DNA of 64,000 nt from Mesotaenium endlicherianum (lineage: Eukaryota): NCBI GenBank assembly GCA_009602735.1, contig WELA01001939.1, positions 959,742 through 1,023,741 on the forward strand. The letters are read 5' to 3'. The notes under the pieces were generated by a model. That model saw only the letters and a program-made list of their open reading frames with translations, ran no database searches and was not told where the DNA came from. The translations under genes and the position numbers were made by a program. This document shows positions 31,401 to 45,385 of this stretch, one piece after another (the stretch's first letter is position 1; every line of letters begins with the position of its first letter).

Positions 31401-32239
31401 CTCAGACTGATGGGCAGACTGAAAGAACTAATCGAGTTCTGCAGGAGGTGCTGAGAGCATATATTAACCAAAAACAAGATAATTGGGATGACCTGTTGTA
31501 TCAAATTCAGTTTGGGGTCAACTGTGCGGTGCACGCGTCAACGGGCAAGACTCCTTTTGAACTCAGCCTGGGTAGAGCCCCTAAGTCTCCTTTAGATGTN
31601 AGATGTGCTAGGGGAATCTTTAACTGACCCTGAAGGGATTGACAACCCGGTCTCCCTCCAGTTAACTCAGGAGTTTGCTGACACCCTGTCAAATGTCCAA
31701 CAAAACCTGCACAAAGCCCAAGAAAACCAACAAAAATACGCTAATCAACACCGCCGGGCGCTGACATTTTCCAAGGGCNCAAGGGCGATTTAGTCAAATT
31801 GCATTCTCAGCACCTGTACCTCCCGGGCGTGGTCAACAAAAAGCTTGGCCCTGTCTTGGTCAGTCCATATTTGGTGGTACGTCGTATCGGTCAGAATGCT
31901 TACAAATTGAACATGTCAGCGGACTACAAGGGTCACCCGGTCTTTAATGTCTCCTTCTTGGAACCATACATCAAAGGTGATACACTGTTCACAGGTCGGT
32001 TACCTGTCCAACCGGGACCGGTCCCCGCTGTTCGGGACGGCGATCCTGAGGAATATGAGGTCGAGGAGATTTTAGACGCTCGCTCGGTCCGTCGATCGTC
32101 TAAATATGTCATGAAGTACCTCATCCGATGGAAGGGTTACGATGCCTCTGGGGACACTTGGGAATTTAAAGATCAGCTGACCAATGCCAAAGGGGCGTTG
32201 AAACGGTTCCACCTTCGGGCGGCTGGGGCACCTCCCTAA
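28415..32239 (+). pseudogene. A2 pol (PR-RT-RNaseH-INT-chromodomain), disrupted
   Basis: FVDGGASH protease; RT with FLDD mutated to FLYD; TAG at 29282; integrase ISDRD; chromodomain EYEVEEILD...YLIRWKGY. Confidence 0.92.
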
Positions 32240-32563
32240 CAGTCATTTCAGTTGACACGGGAAGGTGACAGGAGGTCCTGTCTCCATATAAGTTGGAGGG
32301 GGATGTGACAGTTAGTGACAGTTGTGACAGGCAGCCCACCTTTAAAATTAAGTTGGAGGGAGTGGTATTCTCTGATCACCATATTACACACTCAACCTGC
32401 GCTCACACTCACTTGCTCTCTAACTCAATTTTCCCTTATATTCACTCACACCAAGTACTCCACACTAGGAACTCTCCCGATTGTGTCCCTCTTCATCAAG
32501 GGCACTCAGTAGCGGCAAAATATCGTGACTTCACCAACTGCATTGTGTTTATGATCGAGCAGG

Positions 32564-34222
32564 ATGACTCAAAAGTCGGAACTCAAGAGGAAGAGAAGGG
32601 CGGAAGAGGCACATGCAGAATACTTGCAATTCCGTGGAGACATCGATTCATCTTTTATCTCCGCTCGGGAATCAAAACGACTCCAACAACAGCGGGATGC
32701 ACAGAAGAAGAAGGAGGAGGAGGAACAAGCCAGACTGAGGCAGGAAGAAATGGACAGAAAAGTTGCAGAGGAGGCTAAGAAAGCAGAGGAGGAGAGGCAA
32801 GCTGAGGAGAAGCGGAAGCAGCAGGCTGAAGAAGAAGAACAGAGGAGAATCAGCAGCTACCGCTACACAGTGCTGGGCAAGGGCTTTGATCTACTGGAGG
32901 AGGCCTTCAAGTATGCCCAGAGAAGTCGCAGTGAGTCGCAGAACGAAATCCTCCAGAGGGAAGGGGAGACATCAAAAACTTTGACAAGTATATAGAGGTC
33001 AGCACAGGGCTCCTCCTCTACCTCGATTACGCCAGGATGGTAGGATAAACAATCGGAGAGGCCAAGGCAATGGCCCAGGTGAACGAAGCAGGAGCTGTCT
33101 CGATTCTTGGTATCTTGGGGGCCGATAGGGTCATCAGGATGATCCCCATGGACGCGGACAGCTTCAAGGACTCAACACCCCATAACAGGTTCAAGGCCAT
33201 GTACAACGAGGTGGAGAGGAGGAGCTGGGAATTCGTGGCCAGGGAAACCAGTCAGCTGGACTTTGCAGGGCACTGATACCCTTGTACTCTTAAAAGGACA
33301 GACCCTGCCTTCTTTCAAAAGCCCTCCGATTGGCTGTGGATGACCATCAACATGAGGGACCAGCAGAATGACAGGGCGACGGATGAGGATTTCGTGACAG
33401 ACCTAAAGGGGAACATAGTATTGCCCCCTCACATTGCGGCTTGGGACCCAAGATTGGATGGAGTCACAGATTGCATGAGCCAAGAAATGCAGGGACACAG
33501 AAGCAGGGCCCGAGAGTCATTCTCCAAAGGGAAGCACGCTTATGCCAAATGGGCAAGTAAGCAGGGGGGAAAGGACCTCTATGCGGTCCGGGCTCAGCAG
33601 CCCCCACTAGCACCCAAAAGGGGAAGGTCAGTAGGATTTCTTTTTCTCGGGAAGAGCTGGAGCAGCTGACAGAAGAGACCCCAGAAGTCTCAGAGGAACC
33701 CGGGGACGGAGAGGAGGAGGAGTCAGAGGAAGACGAGGAGGAAGGCGAGGAGGAGGACACTAGCCCCGCTGTGATCCTGACGCCTGCCACATCCCCTATA
33801 AGGGAGAAGACGGGGTTGGCTATGCAGCAACTCGCTGAAGAGGAGGATATCACTTGGCTGGGGACTGCCAGAGGACAGACCCATCTCCAGGCAAGGAGAC
33901 CCAGTCAGACAGAGCAGACAGGAGGGCTGCTCGGGAGATAGCCAGAGGCCTGCCAGCATCTCCCTCGTAGAATGGGCATGTACCCTTGGCTCATGTCATG
34001 CAACATCCTTTTGGGATGCCGGTATACGTACCTGTCAGTTTGAGGGCTGCCCAGGAGAAGGCTGCCTCCCTCCTGACTGTGCAGGAGGAAACAGCCCAAT
34101 TACTGCGTTCTCCGCGGGGTCCTTACACGGAACCTCTCTCTCTCACAGGCTTCAGAAGACCCCAAGACAGGAGGAGGTCTGGCTCCCCTGAGTATAGGGC
34201 CTCAGGGACATCTCCCTCCTAG
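32564..34222 (+). pseudogene. A2 ORF3, unknown protein, frameshifted
   Basis: Pieces 32564-32995, 33070-33276, 33340-33669 and 33986-34222 are collinear with the ORF3 of A1 and A3. Confidence 0.75.
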
Positions 34223-34820
34223 TGGCAATAGGCTGGGGACGGAAGGGACAGCACGCTGTTATTAGTGTTAGTGTTGTAGAGGCGACAACATGATAAGTTG
34301 GAGGGATTGTAATGAATCAGTATATTGGTTAACATAATATTCATTTAAATAATATAGTTAAATAAGTTCAGCCTGCTGAACTCTAGTTAATGATCAGTCT
34401 GCTGGACTTTATATTTTATATTAGTTTAATGACTCATCCTGAAGTAGCAGGCTGAGGTCACCGTAAGTCAGCTTGTTGACACATTCTTTGACAGCCAGCT
34501 GACTTCCGTACTCGGTAGCAGCGAACTGCCTCGATATGCATCTAAGTGTGGTATGCTAGATGAATGGCCAGATGACATCNNNNNNNNNNNNNNNNNNNNN
34601 NNNNNNNNNNNNNNNNNNNNNNNNNNNNNNNNNNNNNNNNNNNNNNNNNNNNNNNNNNNNNNNNNNNNNNNNNNNNNNNNNNNNNNNNNNNNNNNNNNNN
34701 NNNNNNNNNNNNNNNNNNNNNNNNNNNNNNNNNNNNNNNNNNNNNNNNNNNNNNNNNNNNNNNNNNNNNNNNNNNNNNNNNNNNNNNNNNNNNNNNNNNN
34801 NNNNNNNNNNNNNNNNNNNN

Positions 34821-35897
34821 ACTGACCTTCCCCTTTTGGGTGCTGGTGGGGGCTGCTGAGTCCGGACCGCATACAGGTCCTTTTCCCCCTGCTTGCTTGC
34901 CCATTTGGCATAAGCGTGCTTCCCTTTTGAGAATGATTCTCGGGCCCTGCTTCTGTCCCCCTGCATCTCCTGGCTCATGCAGTCTCTGACTCCATCCAAT
35001 CTTGGGTCCCAAGCCGCAATGTGAGGGGGCAATACTATGTTCCCCTTTAGGTCTGTCAGGAAATCCTCATCCGTCGCCCTGTCATTCTGCTGATCCCTCA
35101 TGTTGATGGTCATCCACCGCCAATTGGTGGGCTTTTGGAAGAAGGCAGGCTCTGTCCTTTTAAGAGTACAAGGGTACCAGTGCCCTGCAAAGTCTAGCTG
35201 ACTGGTTTCCGTGGCCAAGAACTCCCAGCTGCTCCTCTCCACTTCATTATACATGGCCTTGAATCGATTATGGGGTGTAGAGTCCTTAAAGCTATCCGCG
35301 TCCATGGGGATCATCCTGATAACCCTATCTTCCCCCCAGATACCAAGAATCCATACAGCCCCTGCTTCGTTCACCTGGGCCATTGCCTTGGCCTCTCTGA
35401 CCGTATATCCTACCATCCTAGCGTAATCGTGGTAGAGGAGGAGCCCCGTGCTGACCTCTATATACTTGTCAAAGTTTTCGGATGTCTCCCCTTCCTTCTG
35501 GAGGATGTCCTTCTGTGACTCACTGCGACTTCTCTGAGCATACTTGAAGGCCTCCTCCAGTAGATCGAAGCCCTTGCCCATACCCTGTGTAACGGTAGCT
35601 GCTGAATCTCCTCTGCTCTTCTTCAGCCAGCCGCTTCCGCTTCTCCTCAGCTTGCCTCTCCTCCTCTGCTTTCTTGGCCTCCTCTGCAGCTTTTCTGTCC
35701 AGTTCTTCCTTCCACAGTCTGGCCCGTTCCTCCTCCTCCTTCTTCTTCTGTGCCTCCCGCTGTTGTTGGAGTCGTTGTGATTCCCGAGCGGAGATGGAGG
35801 ATGATTCGATGTCTCCACGGAATTGCAAGTATTCTGCATGTGCCTCTTCCGCCCTTCTCTTCCTCTTGAGTTCCGACTTTTGAGTCATCCTGCTCAA
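34821..35897 (-). pseudogene. A1 ORF3, 5' part (3' part at 25745-26206)
   Basis: Coiled-coil N-terminus followed by the conserved domain; split by A2. Confidence 0.75.
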
Positions 35898-36236
35898 TCA
35901 TAAACACAATGCAGTTAGTGAAGTCATGATATTTTGCCGCTACTGAGTGCCCTTGATGAAGAGGAACGCGATCGGGAGAGGTCCTAGCGTGAAATACGTG
36001 GTGTGAGTGAATATACGGGAAAATTGAGTTAGAGAGAAAGTGAGTGTGAGCGCAGGTTGAGTGTGTAATATGGTTATCAGAGATTTTCCGGTTGATCCCG
36101 AAACATAATACCACTCCCTCCAACTTAATTTTAAAGGTGGGCTGCCTGTCACAACTGTCACTAACTGTCACATCCCCCTCCAACTTACATGGAGACAGGA
36201 CCTCCTGTCACCTTCCCAGGTCTACTGAAGGGACAA

Positions 36237-39200
36237 TTAGGGCGGTGCCCCAGCCGCCCGAAGGTGGAACCGTTTCAACGCCCCTTTGGCATTGGTCAAA
36301 TGGTCTTCAAACTCCCAAGTGTCCCCAGAGGCATCGTAACCCTTCCATCGGATGAGGTACTTCATGACATATTTAGACGATCGACGGACCGAGCGAGCGT
36401 CTAAAATCTCATCGACCTTGTATTCCTCAGGGTCGCCGTCCCGGACAGCGGGGACCAGTCCTGGTTGGACAGGTAACCGACCTATGAACAGTGTATCACC
36501 TTTGATGTATGGTTCCAGGAAGGAGACATCAAAGACTGGGTGACCCTTGTAGTCCGATGATATGGTCAGTTTGTAAGCATTCTGACCGACACGACGCACC
36601 ACCGAATACGGACCGACCCAGACAGGGCCAAGCTTTTTCTTGACCACACCAGGGAGGTACAGGTGCTGAGAATGCAGTTTGACTAAATCGCCCTTGGAAA
36701 ATGTCAGCGCCCGGCGGTGTTGATTAGCGTATTTTTGTTGGTTTTCTTGGGCTTTGTGCAGGTTTTGTTGGACTTCTGACAGGGTGTCAGCAAACTCCTG
36801 AGTTAACTGGAGGGACACCGGGTTGTCAATCCCTTCAGGGTCAGTTAAAGACTCCCCCAGTACATCTAAAGGAGACTTAGGGGCTCTACCCAGGCTGAGT
36901 TCAAAAGGAGTCTTGCCCGTTGACGCGTGCACCGCACTGTTGACCGCAAACTGAATTTGAGGCAACAGGTCATCCCAATTATCTTGTTTTTGGTTAATAT
37001 ATGCTCTCAGCACCTCCTGCAGAACTCGGTTAGTTCTTTCAGTCTGCCCATCAGTCTGAGGGTGGTTTGCTGTGCTGAGCAGCTGTTTGACTCCCATTAA
37101 CCCCATTAAAGCTCTCCATAACTTAGAGGTGAATTTTGAGTCTCGGTCTGAGATGATATTAGAAAATAGCCCATGTTGGCATACTACATGGTTGTAGAAC
37201 TGTCTCGCTGTTTCGAGTGCAGGTACTTTGACAGTTGTGGGGATGAAAATGACCATTTTTGTCAGTTTATCCACGACTACCAGTATCGAATCATGCCCAT
37301 TACCAGCTCGTGGAAGTGTGACCACCCAGTTCGTTGATATACTTTCCCAGCGTCCCGCTAGGATGGGCAGCGGTTGCAAGAGACCTCCCTGTGGTGTGTG
37401 CCTAGACTTATTTCTTTGACACTGATCACAGAACTTCACATATTTCAAGAGCTCCCGGGGCATCTTCTCCCAATGATAATGTTTTTCCACTTTGCCAACA
37501 GTTTTGGCCTGCCCCAAATGCCCACCCAGTAAACTGTCATGTGCTTGACTCAATAAAAGGGACCTTATTTCCAAGTTATTAGGAATGACCAGCTTCAGCC
37601 TGCCTAAAGTGGTTTTAGTCACCCAGATCCCTCCTTTAAGCTTATACCCGAGTGTAGTAGCACGACACATACCAGTAGTGGGGCTGGGCTTAAATGTTGG
37701 GTTAGAAAGGTAGGCTTTCCTAAGTTGTTCAAGGAAGGACTTTTTCACCTTCAGTGAAGTGAGTGCACACATGACTTTATCTACAGCATGCTGACTAAAG
37801 TTCCTTTCTTGCAAGCCAGGTTTTCCCGAGAGTGCATTAGCAGGATTCAACTTTCCTGGTTTGTAGTCGATCTGGACTTGGAACTGCTCCAGCATCTGGC
37901 TCCAGCGGTTCTCCCTCCTCAACAGCTTGGACTTCTTATGAAAGTGGGTCAGAGCTAGATGATCTGTAATCACCTTAAAGGCTTTACCATGTAAGTATGC
38001 TCTCCACTGTTTGAGCACATAAATGATAGCTAGCAGCTCTTTATCATGCACTGAGTAATTAATCTCCGCTGGATTAAATTTCATAGACTCGTGCAACACA
38101 GGATGCCACTCCTGCCGTACCTTACCATCCTTTGTGGGTTTGTCAGCAGGCAACAACAAAATAGCACCCATGGCAAAGTCAGAGGCATCAGTAACCACCT
38201 GCACCGGTTTGCTGGGGTCATACACGGCTAGCACTGGGGCAGAACAAAGGGCATCTTTAAGGGTCTGGAAGGCAGCCTGCTGCTCTTCCCCCCACACATA
38301 CCCTATGTCTTTCTTAGTAAGGTCAGTCAGTTTACTGGCCTTTGTGGAATAATTCTCAATAAATCTCCTATAGTAGTTAGCCAACCCGAGGAAGNGGTTA
38401 GCCAACCTGAGAAAGGATCTAACTTCAGAGACAAACTGTTGTACTGGCCAGTCCCTTATGGTCTGAACTTTCTTAGGGTCCACACTGATGCCCTCTTTAC
38501 TGACAACGTGGCATAAGACTTCGATACTTTCCTTAAAGAAATTACACTTGCTCATTTTAGCATATAACTGATTTCTTCTCAGAACGTCCATGACTGTCTT
38601 CAAGTGTTCAGCGTGCTGAGTCTCATCTGTAGAGAAAATTTAAATATCATCCAGGAAAACTTGCACAAATTTATCCAAATAATGCGTGAAAATGTCATTC
38701 ATAGCACCCGTGAAGGTTGCGGGAGCATTAGTCAGTCCAAATGGCATCACGTTGAACTCATAGTGTCCATAACGTGTGCGGAAGGCAGTCTTGTGTTCGT
38801 CCCCCTCAGCAATTCTGATTTGATGATAACCACTCTTGAGATCTATCTTACTGAACACCTTAGCGCCAGACAGGGTATCAAGCAAGTCCTCGATTCTGGG
38901 TAAAGCATACTTGTTCTTTACTGTAATTCTGTTCAGGGCTCTGTAATCCACACACATCCGCATACTGCCATCCTTTTTCTTAACAAATAGGATGGGTGCG
39001 CCGTAAGGTGATTTACTGGGGAAAATATAACCATTTTCCTCAAACTCTGCAATCTGTGTTTTCAACTCCTCGCTCTCCACGTAAGACAAGCCATAAGTGC
39101 GTTGCCAAGGTGGCTCACTACCCGGTAATAAATCAATCCAATGATCTACTTCCCTCTTAGGGGGTAGTCCTGGAGGCACATTAAATACATCCGTATACTG

Positions 39201-39238
39201 AGCAACGATTTTTGCAGCAGTAGGGTGCTCAGGAGGGC
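36237..39238 (-). pseudogene. A1 pol, RT-RH-INT-chromodomain part
   Basis: ORFs 38640-39263 and 36237-38603; FLDD motif, then a frameshift. Confidence 0.9.
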
Positions 39239-39778
39239 TGTAGTGATTTGAGTTATTATACATTAGTTTGCATATATTTTAATGTTTTCAAATATATTTG
39301 GAGTAGTATTGTGTGGAGTCAAGTGTGAATAGGTACTCTAGTAACTTGGTTCATGTCCTTTGAACCTTCCAAGGCATTTTCGAAGTTAGAGGAAAGACCT
39401 AGAAGAACTCCATGTGGCAAAAGTCAGATGTGCCATTTTTAGGTCAAAAGGACATGTGTACATTATTCTAGAAAGAGGTGGCAAGTTTTGGGATGTGTTG
39501 GGTGCCAACACATCAACATACACCTTCCTAGAAATTACTTATGTAGCAAGTATATAAACAAGAGCTAGAACATAGAAAGACATTCCAGAATCACTCTTGT
39601 ACTTGCCAAAATCCAGAAATATATTAACTTTCAAGAAGCCATCTCTCTTTCAAGAAGCTACCACTTGTGTTCAAAGATCCTTGTCTTGAATAGATAAAGT
39701 ATTCTGTTTTACTAAGTACTTTATCTATCTGTTTCACTACAGTGGTATCGGAGCTAGGCACTTTGGTAGCACAAGAAG

Positions 39779-41059
39779 ATGGCCGATCCTCAAGACCAAC
39801 AGCAAGCTTTCGAAGGAAGCCCTTCCTCTCCAAGACACCCTCCTCCAGCGCCGATGGGAGAGCCCACTCAAGAAAATCTGCAACAACAAGAAGCACCACA
39901 AGGAGGAGCACACCCTCCTCCAGCGTCGATGGGAGAGCCTACTCAAGGAAATCTGCAACAACAAGAAGCACCACAAGGAGGAGCACCGTCAAATCCCGTG
40001 GCAGCCGCTATAGCAAAGTTGACCCCACCACAAGGAGTTCCCGCAAATGAGTGGGCAGCCTTCCTAATGACCGTCCACAACCAAGTGGGCTTGGCCACCT
40101 ATGAAGCAACCGTGCAAGCGTCAAGAGAAGCTATGGCTGCCATGGTTGCCCCTATTGCGAGCAATGCTCAAAATCCAGCCCCGGCTCAAGCGCCTCCACA
40201 AGAGCCAACGAGAGCAAGGAAACTCATCAAGCCCGGCAAACCCGACACTTTCAACCCCGGGAAAGGTGCCAACCTGAATTTATGGCTCTACCAAGTGGAG
40301 ACGTACCTCGCGTTCCTTGAAGTACCCGAGGAGGACTACGTTCCCTTTGCCGTTACCTTACTTAGAGGAGCAGCAACATCATGGTGGCGTAACTATCAAG
40401 CGGCTATATATCAAGCTATGGCGCACCCCATGCTCGGCCAAGAGCCCCCACCATCATATGCAAGATGGGCAGATTTTCGTGAGGCCCTCAAGAAGCAATT
40501 CATGCCCATCAATGCGGAGAAGATTGCCCGAGGAAAGCTCCACCATCTCAAGCAAACGACGTCCGTTCAAGAGTATACATCCAGATTTCACGCCCTCACT
40601 CTTGAGATCCCCAACATGTCTCTCGAGGAGAAGATTGACCGTTACATCTTTGGCCTCAAACCCAAGGTGGCAAAGGAAGTGGAGTTACGCGACTTGACGG
40701 ACTTCTCAAAGATCATTGAAGTGGCCCAAAAGGTGGATACCTTGGATTTCAAGCACTCCGTGCCTTCATCTTCACGGGTACCGACGACGCGGGTGTACGC
40801 AGCCCCTTCCACATCCGAATCTGGACCCACACCCATGGAAATCGGAGTTATTAAAAGGGACCCCGCGGCTGCCCGGAAGAGTGGAAGACCCTCCAATGAC
40901 ACTTATGATGCAAGAAACCAGCAAGGAGTGAAAGCAAGACTCTCCCCGGCTGAAAAAGAAGCTCTCATGACGGCTGGACTATGCTTCTATTGCAAGGAAA
41001 AGGGCCATCGTGCACTTTCATGCCCCAAAAAGTTGTCAAAAAACGGACAGCGCCGGTAG
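39779..41059 (+). CDS. Family B gag, intact
   Basis: 426 aa; [36 protein letters not shown]; 75-nt tandem duplication near the N-terminus. Confidence 0.93.
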   Translation: MADPQDQQQAFEGSPSSPRHPPPAPMGEPTQENLQQQEAPQGGAHPPPASMGEPTQGNLQQQEAPQGGAPSNPVAAAIAKLTPPQGVPANEWAAFLMTVHNQVGLATYEATVQASREAMAAMVAPIASNAQNPAPAQAPPQEPTRARKLIKPGKPDTFNPGKGANLNLWLYQVETYLAFLEVPEEDYVPFAVTLLRGAATSWWRNYQAAIYQAMAHPMLGQEPPPSYARWADFREALKKQFMPINAEKIARGKLHHLKQTTSVQEYTSRFHALTLEIPNMSLEEKIDRYIFGLKPKVAKEVELRDLTDFSKIIEVAQKVDTLDFKHSVPSSSRVPTTRVYAAPSTSESGPTPMEIGVIKRDPAAARKSGRPSNDTYDARNQQGVKARLSPAEKEALMTAGLCFYCKEKGHRALSCPKKLSKNGQRR

Positions 41060-44000
41060 GCCAGGAGCCTACCACCCCAAGACCCACTTCACGAGAAGGC
41101 AACACGCCAAGTGAGGTGGAGACCCCCGTTGAAGACGACGTTCCAGCCCCAATGAGTTTGAGAGGTTACCTTGGAGGAGAGAAGGTCCACATCTTGGTGG
41201 ATAGCGGAGCTCAAGGCAACTTCATTGCTGCAGATTTTGCCACCAAGCACGGTATTACTATGCGAACTCTTGACCACGACGAGGAGATTATGATGCCCGA
41301 TGGATTCTCCTATACTACCCCTTCCAAGAAGACGTACCCCTTGGCACTCTCTATCAAGTCCTTCAAGGATAGAGTAGTGTTCTCCCCCATGCAATTGGGC
41401 AAGTACGACGTCATCCTAGGGACGCCTTGGTTGACCAAGCACAACCCCCAAGTTGATTGGAGGACCGGTACTATCAAGATCAAGAATGACATCACTTCAA
41501 GAATCTGTATTTTGCGCGCAATCCAGAATATCCAGACCCAAGACATCCAGAAGCCGGCACACGAGATACTATTGTCCGCCCTCCAACTCAAGAGACTTGT
41601 GAGGAAGGGACACGAGCTTCTTTTGGCCTTGATCACGCCAAAAGACATCAAGAAAGACATCGAGAGTCAAGAAGGCAGCCCCGTTCCCAAGGAGATACAA
41701 GAAGTCTTTGAGGACTACAAAGAAGTGTTCTCCCCGGAATTGCCCAAGGGCCTACCCCCCAAAAGATTCGTAGACCACAAGATAGAGTTGGAGCCCGGAA
41801 GCAAGCCCATCTCTCGGCCTACGTTCAAAATGTCATACACGGAGCTAGACGAAGTCAAGAAGCAAATCAAGGAGCTACTGGAGCATGGCTTCATTCGACC
41901 TAGCAAGTCGCCATTTGGAGCCCCGGTGCTATTTGTCAAGAAGAAAGATGGTACCTTGAGGATGTGTGTGGACTATCGCGCCCTCAACAAGATCACCATC
42001 AAGAATCGATACCCGCTGCCGCGCATGGATGAGCTCATGGACCGGCTGGTTGGAGCCAAGTACTTCACGAAGATTGACTTACGGAGCGGCTACCACCAGA
42101 TTCGCATCGCAGAACCGGACATAGAGAAGACGGCATTCAGGACAAGATATGGACATTTTGAGTTCATGGTCCTGCCATTTGGACTCACCAACGCGCCAGC
42201 AACTTTCATGACTATGATGAACACCATATTTCAGCCCATGTTGGACAGATTTGTGGTGGTATTCATCGATGACATCCTTATCTACAGCAAGACCCTTGAA
42301 GAGCATGCGAGACACTTGAAAGAAGTCCTTGAAGTATTGAAGCAAAACAAGCTGTTTGCGAAGGAGTCAAAATGCGAGTTTGCCAAACAAGAAGTGGAGT
42401 TCCTAGGTCTCCACGTGACTGCTGATGGCATCAAGATAGACCCCAAGAAGACCACGGTGGTGGAGGAATGGCCAACCCCCACGACCAAGAAAGAACTCCA
42501 GTCATTCTTGGGATTTGCCAATTGGTACAGAAAATTCATCCAAGGCTTCTCGCACATAGCAGCCCCCCTGACAGATCTACTCAAGAAGGACAGGCTATAT
42601 ACATGGACCGAGAAAGAGGAAGAGGCATTTCAAGAGTTAAAGCGAAGATTGACCACATCCCCGGTGCTCACACTCCCAAGTCCAAACCCAGATTGGCCCT
42701 TCCACGTCATCACCGATGCATCTTCCTATGCAATAGGAGCAATCCTGCTTCAAGACCAAGGCAAGGGACTGCAGCCCATCGCCTACGAGTCAAGGAAGCT
42801 AAATCCAGCCGAGCAAAATTATACAACCACGGAGCGAGAGGCATTGGCGATTGTACATGCCTTGAAGGTTTGGCGCTGCTACGTTGAAGGACGCAAAGTA
42901 CTGGTCACCACGGACCACGAGGCGTTAAAGCACCTCCAGACGCAGCCGTATCTCTCAAGGAGACAAGCAAGATGGAGCGGATACTTGCAACAATACAACA
43001 TCACGATTCAGTACCAGCCCGGCAAGACAAACCCGGCTGACCCCCTCTCAAGACTGCAATTAAATGCAGTGATGGTATCCCTGAAGACAGATCTGGAAGC
43101 TCGATTTTCAGCCGCCTATGAAAGAGACCCTTACTACAAGAACGGAGAAGCAGCCTTGGACCCATGCAAGAAGCAAGAAGGCAATTATTGGGTGAGGCAA
43201 GATACGGGCCAGAGATGTGTTCCTAATGACTTAGACCTCCGGCTCTTGCTTCTACGAGAAGCACACGACAACCCTCTTGGAGGACACTTTGGAATCCTAA
43301 GGACCACGGGCGTTCTAGCTAGGACTTATTGTTGGCCAGGCATGTCTAAGCAAGTCAAGGAGTACTGCAGGAGCTGTGACACATGCCAAAGAATCAAGCC
43401 ATCATCGCAAAAGGCGGGAGGACTCCTCCAACCACTACCAATCCCCGAAAGACAATGGACGGACATCTCAATGGACCTTATCGTGGACTTGCCCGTGACA
43501 CCTCGAGGCCATAATGCAATACTCACGGTGGTGGACAGACTTACCAAGATGGCTCATTTTATTCCCACGACGACTAAGGCTACAGCACCACAACTTGCAA
43601 GACTCATCTTTGACAACATCTTCCGACTCCATGGACTACCATCAAGAATTGTGTCAGATAGAGATCCAAGATTCACAAGCCATTTCTGGAAAAATCTCTT
43701 CAAGAACTTGGGTACATCGCTGGATATGTCTACTGCCTACCACCCACAATCAGATGGGCAAACCGAGCGTATGAATCGTACCCTAAAGACCTCTCTAAAG
43801 GCCTACGTGTCTACCCTCGAGCAAGACTGGGACATGTACTTGACCCCCCTCGAGTTTGCCTACAACAACACTACGCAGGCCTCTACCCAAGAGTCCCCAT
43901 TCTTCCTCAACTATGGCTTCCATCCGACCACGCCACTGAGCTTCACGGCTGGCCATGATGAAGTACCTGCAGCCACAGATTTTATGGAGACATTAGAAGC

Positions 44001-44646
44001 AGCCCTTACAGCAGCGAAGAAAGCTCTACAACACGCGCAAGATGCTCAAGCAAGAGTGGCGAACAGATCCAGAAGAGAAATTACGTACAGAGTGGGTGAC
44101 AACGTGTTACTATCATCCAAGAACATTTCCCTGAACAACAGGCCTGCCGGCAGCAAGTTCTCTCCCAAGTATTTGGGACCCTTCAAGATTATCCAGCAAG
44201 TCAACCCCGTTGCTTTCAAGCTAGAACTTCCCCAGACTATGCACATCGACCCCGTATTCCACGCTTCCCTCTTCAAGCCATATGTGCAACCCGACAACAA
44301 GTTCCCAGGACGTGTGACAACCCCACCAGCCCCAACAATAGTGGATGATCATTTGGAGTACGAAGTGGAAGACATAGTGGCTATGAGAAATTTCAGGAGA
44401 CAGCAGCAATACTTGATCAAGTGGAAAGGATATCCAGATTCGGAGAATAGTTGGGTGGCGGCGCACTACCTTGACAAAGTTCAGAGAAAGTTGAAGCGCT
44501 TCCATGCCGCCAACCCCCATCTTGGACCAGCCCCAAGTCTCTCTACTAAAAGCCCGAAGACTTCAGGGAGGCAGCCTGCCACCATCAAGAAGCAGCAGAA
44601 GACCCCTTGGAGGCAGCCTGCAAGAACCACAAAGAGGAAAAAATGA
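41038..44646 (+). CDS. Family B pol (PR-RT-RH-INT-chromodomain), intact, -1 frame relative to gag
   Basis: LVDSGA, FIDD, TDAS, HHCC zinc motif, VSDRD, GPF, chromodomain EYEVEDIV...YLIKWKGY; no internal stops. Confidence 0.95.
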   Translation, partial: KKRTAPVGQEPTTPRPTSREGNTPSEVETPVEDDVPAPMSLRGYLGGEKVHILVDSGAQGNFIAADFATKHGITMRTLDHDEEIMMPDGFSYTTPSKKTYPLALSIKSFKDRVVFSPMQLGKYDVILGTPWLTKHNPQVDWRTGTIKIKNDITSRICILRAIQNIQTQDIQKPAHEILLSALQLKRLVRKGHELLLALITPKDIKKDIESQEGSPVPKEIQEVFEDYKEVFSPELPKGLPPKRFVDHKIELEPGSKPISRPTFKMSYTELDEVKKQIKELLEHGFIRPSKSPFGAPVLFVKKKDGTLRMCVDYRALNKITIKNRYPLPRMDELMDRLVGAKYFTKIDLRSGYHQIRIAEPDIEKTAFRTRYGHFEFMVLPFGLTNAPATFMTMMNTIFQPMLDRFVVVFIDDILIYSKTLEEHARHLKEVLEVLKQNKLFAKESKCEFAKQEVEFLGLHVTADGIKIDPKKTTVVEEWPTPTTKKELQSFLGFANWYRKFIQGFSHIAAPLTDLLKKDRLYTWTEKEEEAFQELKRRLTTSPVLTLPSPNPDWPFHVITDASSYAIGAILLQDQGKGLQPIAYESRKLNPAEQNYTTTEREALAIVHALKVWRCYVEGRKVLVTTDHEALKHLQTQPYLSRRQARWSGYLQQYNITIQYQPGKTNPADPLSRLQLNAVMVSLKTDLEARFSAAYERDPYYKNGEAALDPCKKQEGNYWVRQDTGQRCVPNDLDLRLLLLREAHDNPLGGHFGILRTTGVLARTYCWPGMSKQVKEYCRSCDTCQRIKPSSQKAGGLLQPLPIPERQWTDISMDLIVDLPVTPRGHNAILTVVDRLTKMAHFIPTTTKATAPQLARLIFDNIFRLHGLPSRIVSDRDPRFTSHFWKNLFKNLGTSLDMSTAYHPQSDGQTERMNRTLKTSLKAYVSTLEQDWDMYLTPLEFAYNNTTQASTQESPFFLNYGFHPTTPLSFTAGHDEVPAATDFMETLEAALTAAKKALQHAQDAQARVANRSRREITYRVGDNVLLSSKNISLNNRPAGSKFSPKYLGPFKIIQQVNPVAFKLELPQTMHIDPVFHASLFKPYVQPDNKFPGRVTTPPAPTIVDDHLEYEVEDIVAMRNFRRQQQYLIKWKGYPDSENSWVAAHYLDKVQRKLKRFHAANPHLGPAPSLSTKSPKTSGRQPATIKKQQKTPWRQPARTTKRKK

Positions 44647-45255
44647 CATTAGACACTCTTCTCTTCTTGCAGTTTCTGGACAGTAAACTAAAACTGCTAC
44701 TGGCAATAGTTCTCTTCATAATAAATTCTGAAAATTTACGTGGCTGTAGTCCATGAGTAGCCAGTCATTTAGAGTCCAAGTTTGCTCAATTTGGAGCACT
44801 GGTGAGAGAGATATGATGCTCTAAGTAGAAGGGGGTCAGGTTGCTGGCATTGTTAGGACAGAATATGCCTTCTGACATTGTGCCCTCCCCTGAACTTGGA
44901 ATGCTTTGAAACTCAAGACGCTGGTAGAACATCTTACAGCGCCCATTTTGAGACTTAGTTTGCAGAATTTAGAGAAGTATAGAAGGACTTATGATTTTCA
45001 GAAGTTTCTGCACAGATTTGGAGGAGTGCCTACTCTCTCAGCTCTCAACGACACTCCAGAAATGAGAATGCTCTCAAATTTGGTGACCCGGTAGAGTTCT
45101 CCGACGCGGTCCGTCTGGCACTCAAATTTTCAGATTTGGAGCAGTTCTGTGGCCGCTATAAATTTTTGAATTCGTGGCAGATTTTGGGCCAACTTGTACA
45201 ATTTTCTTTATCATTAAGGAGTAGGCTAGCCAATAAGGTCACACCACCTACGACC

Positions 45256-45385
45256 TTGCCTAGTCTACCTTACATGTGTAGCACCTGACTTGGCGCCTTT
45301 GACTAGTCCTCTTCACATGTGTGGCATCTGACTTGAAACTGTTGACTAGTTTGCTCCACATGTGTAAGACCTGACTTGACGCGCC
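45256..45385 (+). repeat. 43-bp tandem repeat x3 in the family B 3'UTR just before the PPT
   Basis: TTG(A/C)CTAGT...CACATGTGT...CTGACTTG units at 45256, 45299 and 45342. Confidence 0.8.

Larger units (their letters stand above)
26207..34579 (+). mobile_element. Chromovirus family A copy A2, inserted in ORF3 of A1; 5' LTR 26207-26926, 3' LTR 34308 to the gap
   Basis: TG...CA LTR of 720 bp, PBS GTGGCATCGGAGC, gag, pol, ORF3, PPT TAAGTTGGAGGGAT; the right end and TSD fall in the N gap 34580-34820. Confidence 0.9.

Noticed and set aside
32564..34222. ORF3 as a retroviral env gene
   Set aside because: No signal peptide or transmembrane segment is visible; the composition is charged and nuclear-like.
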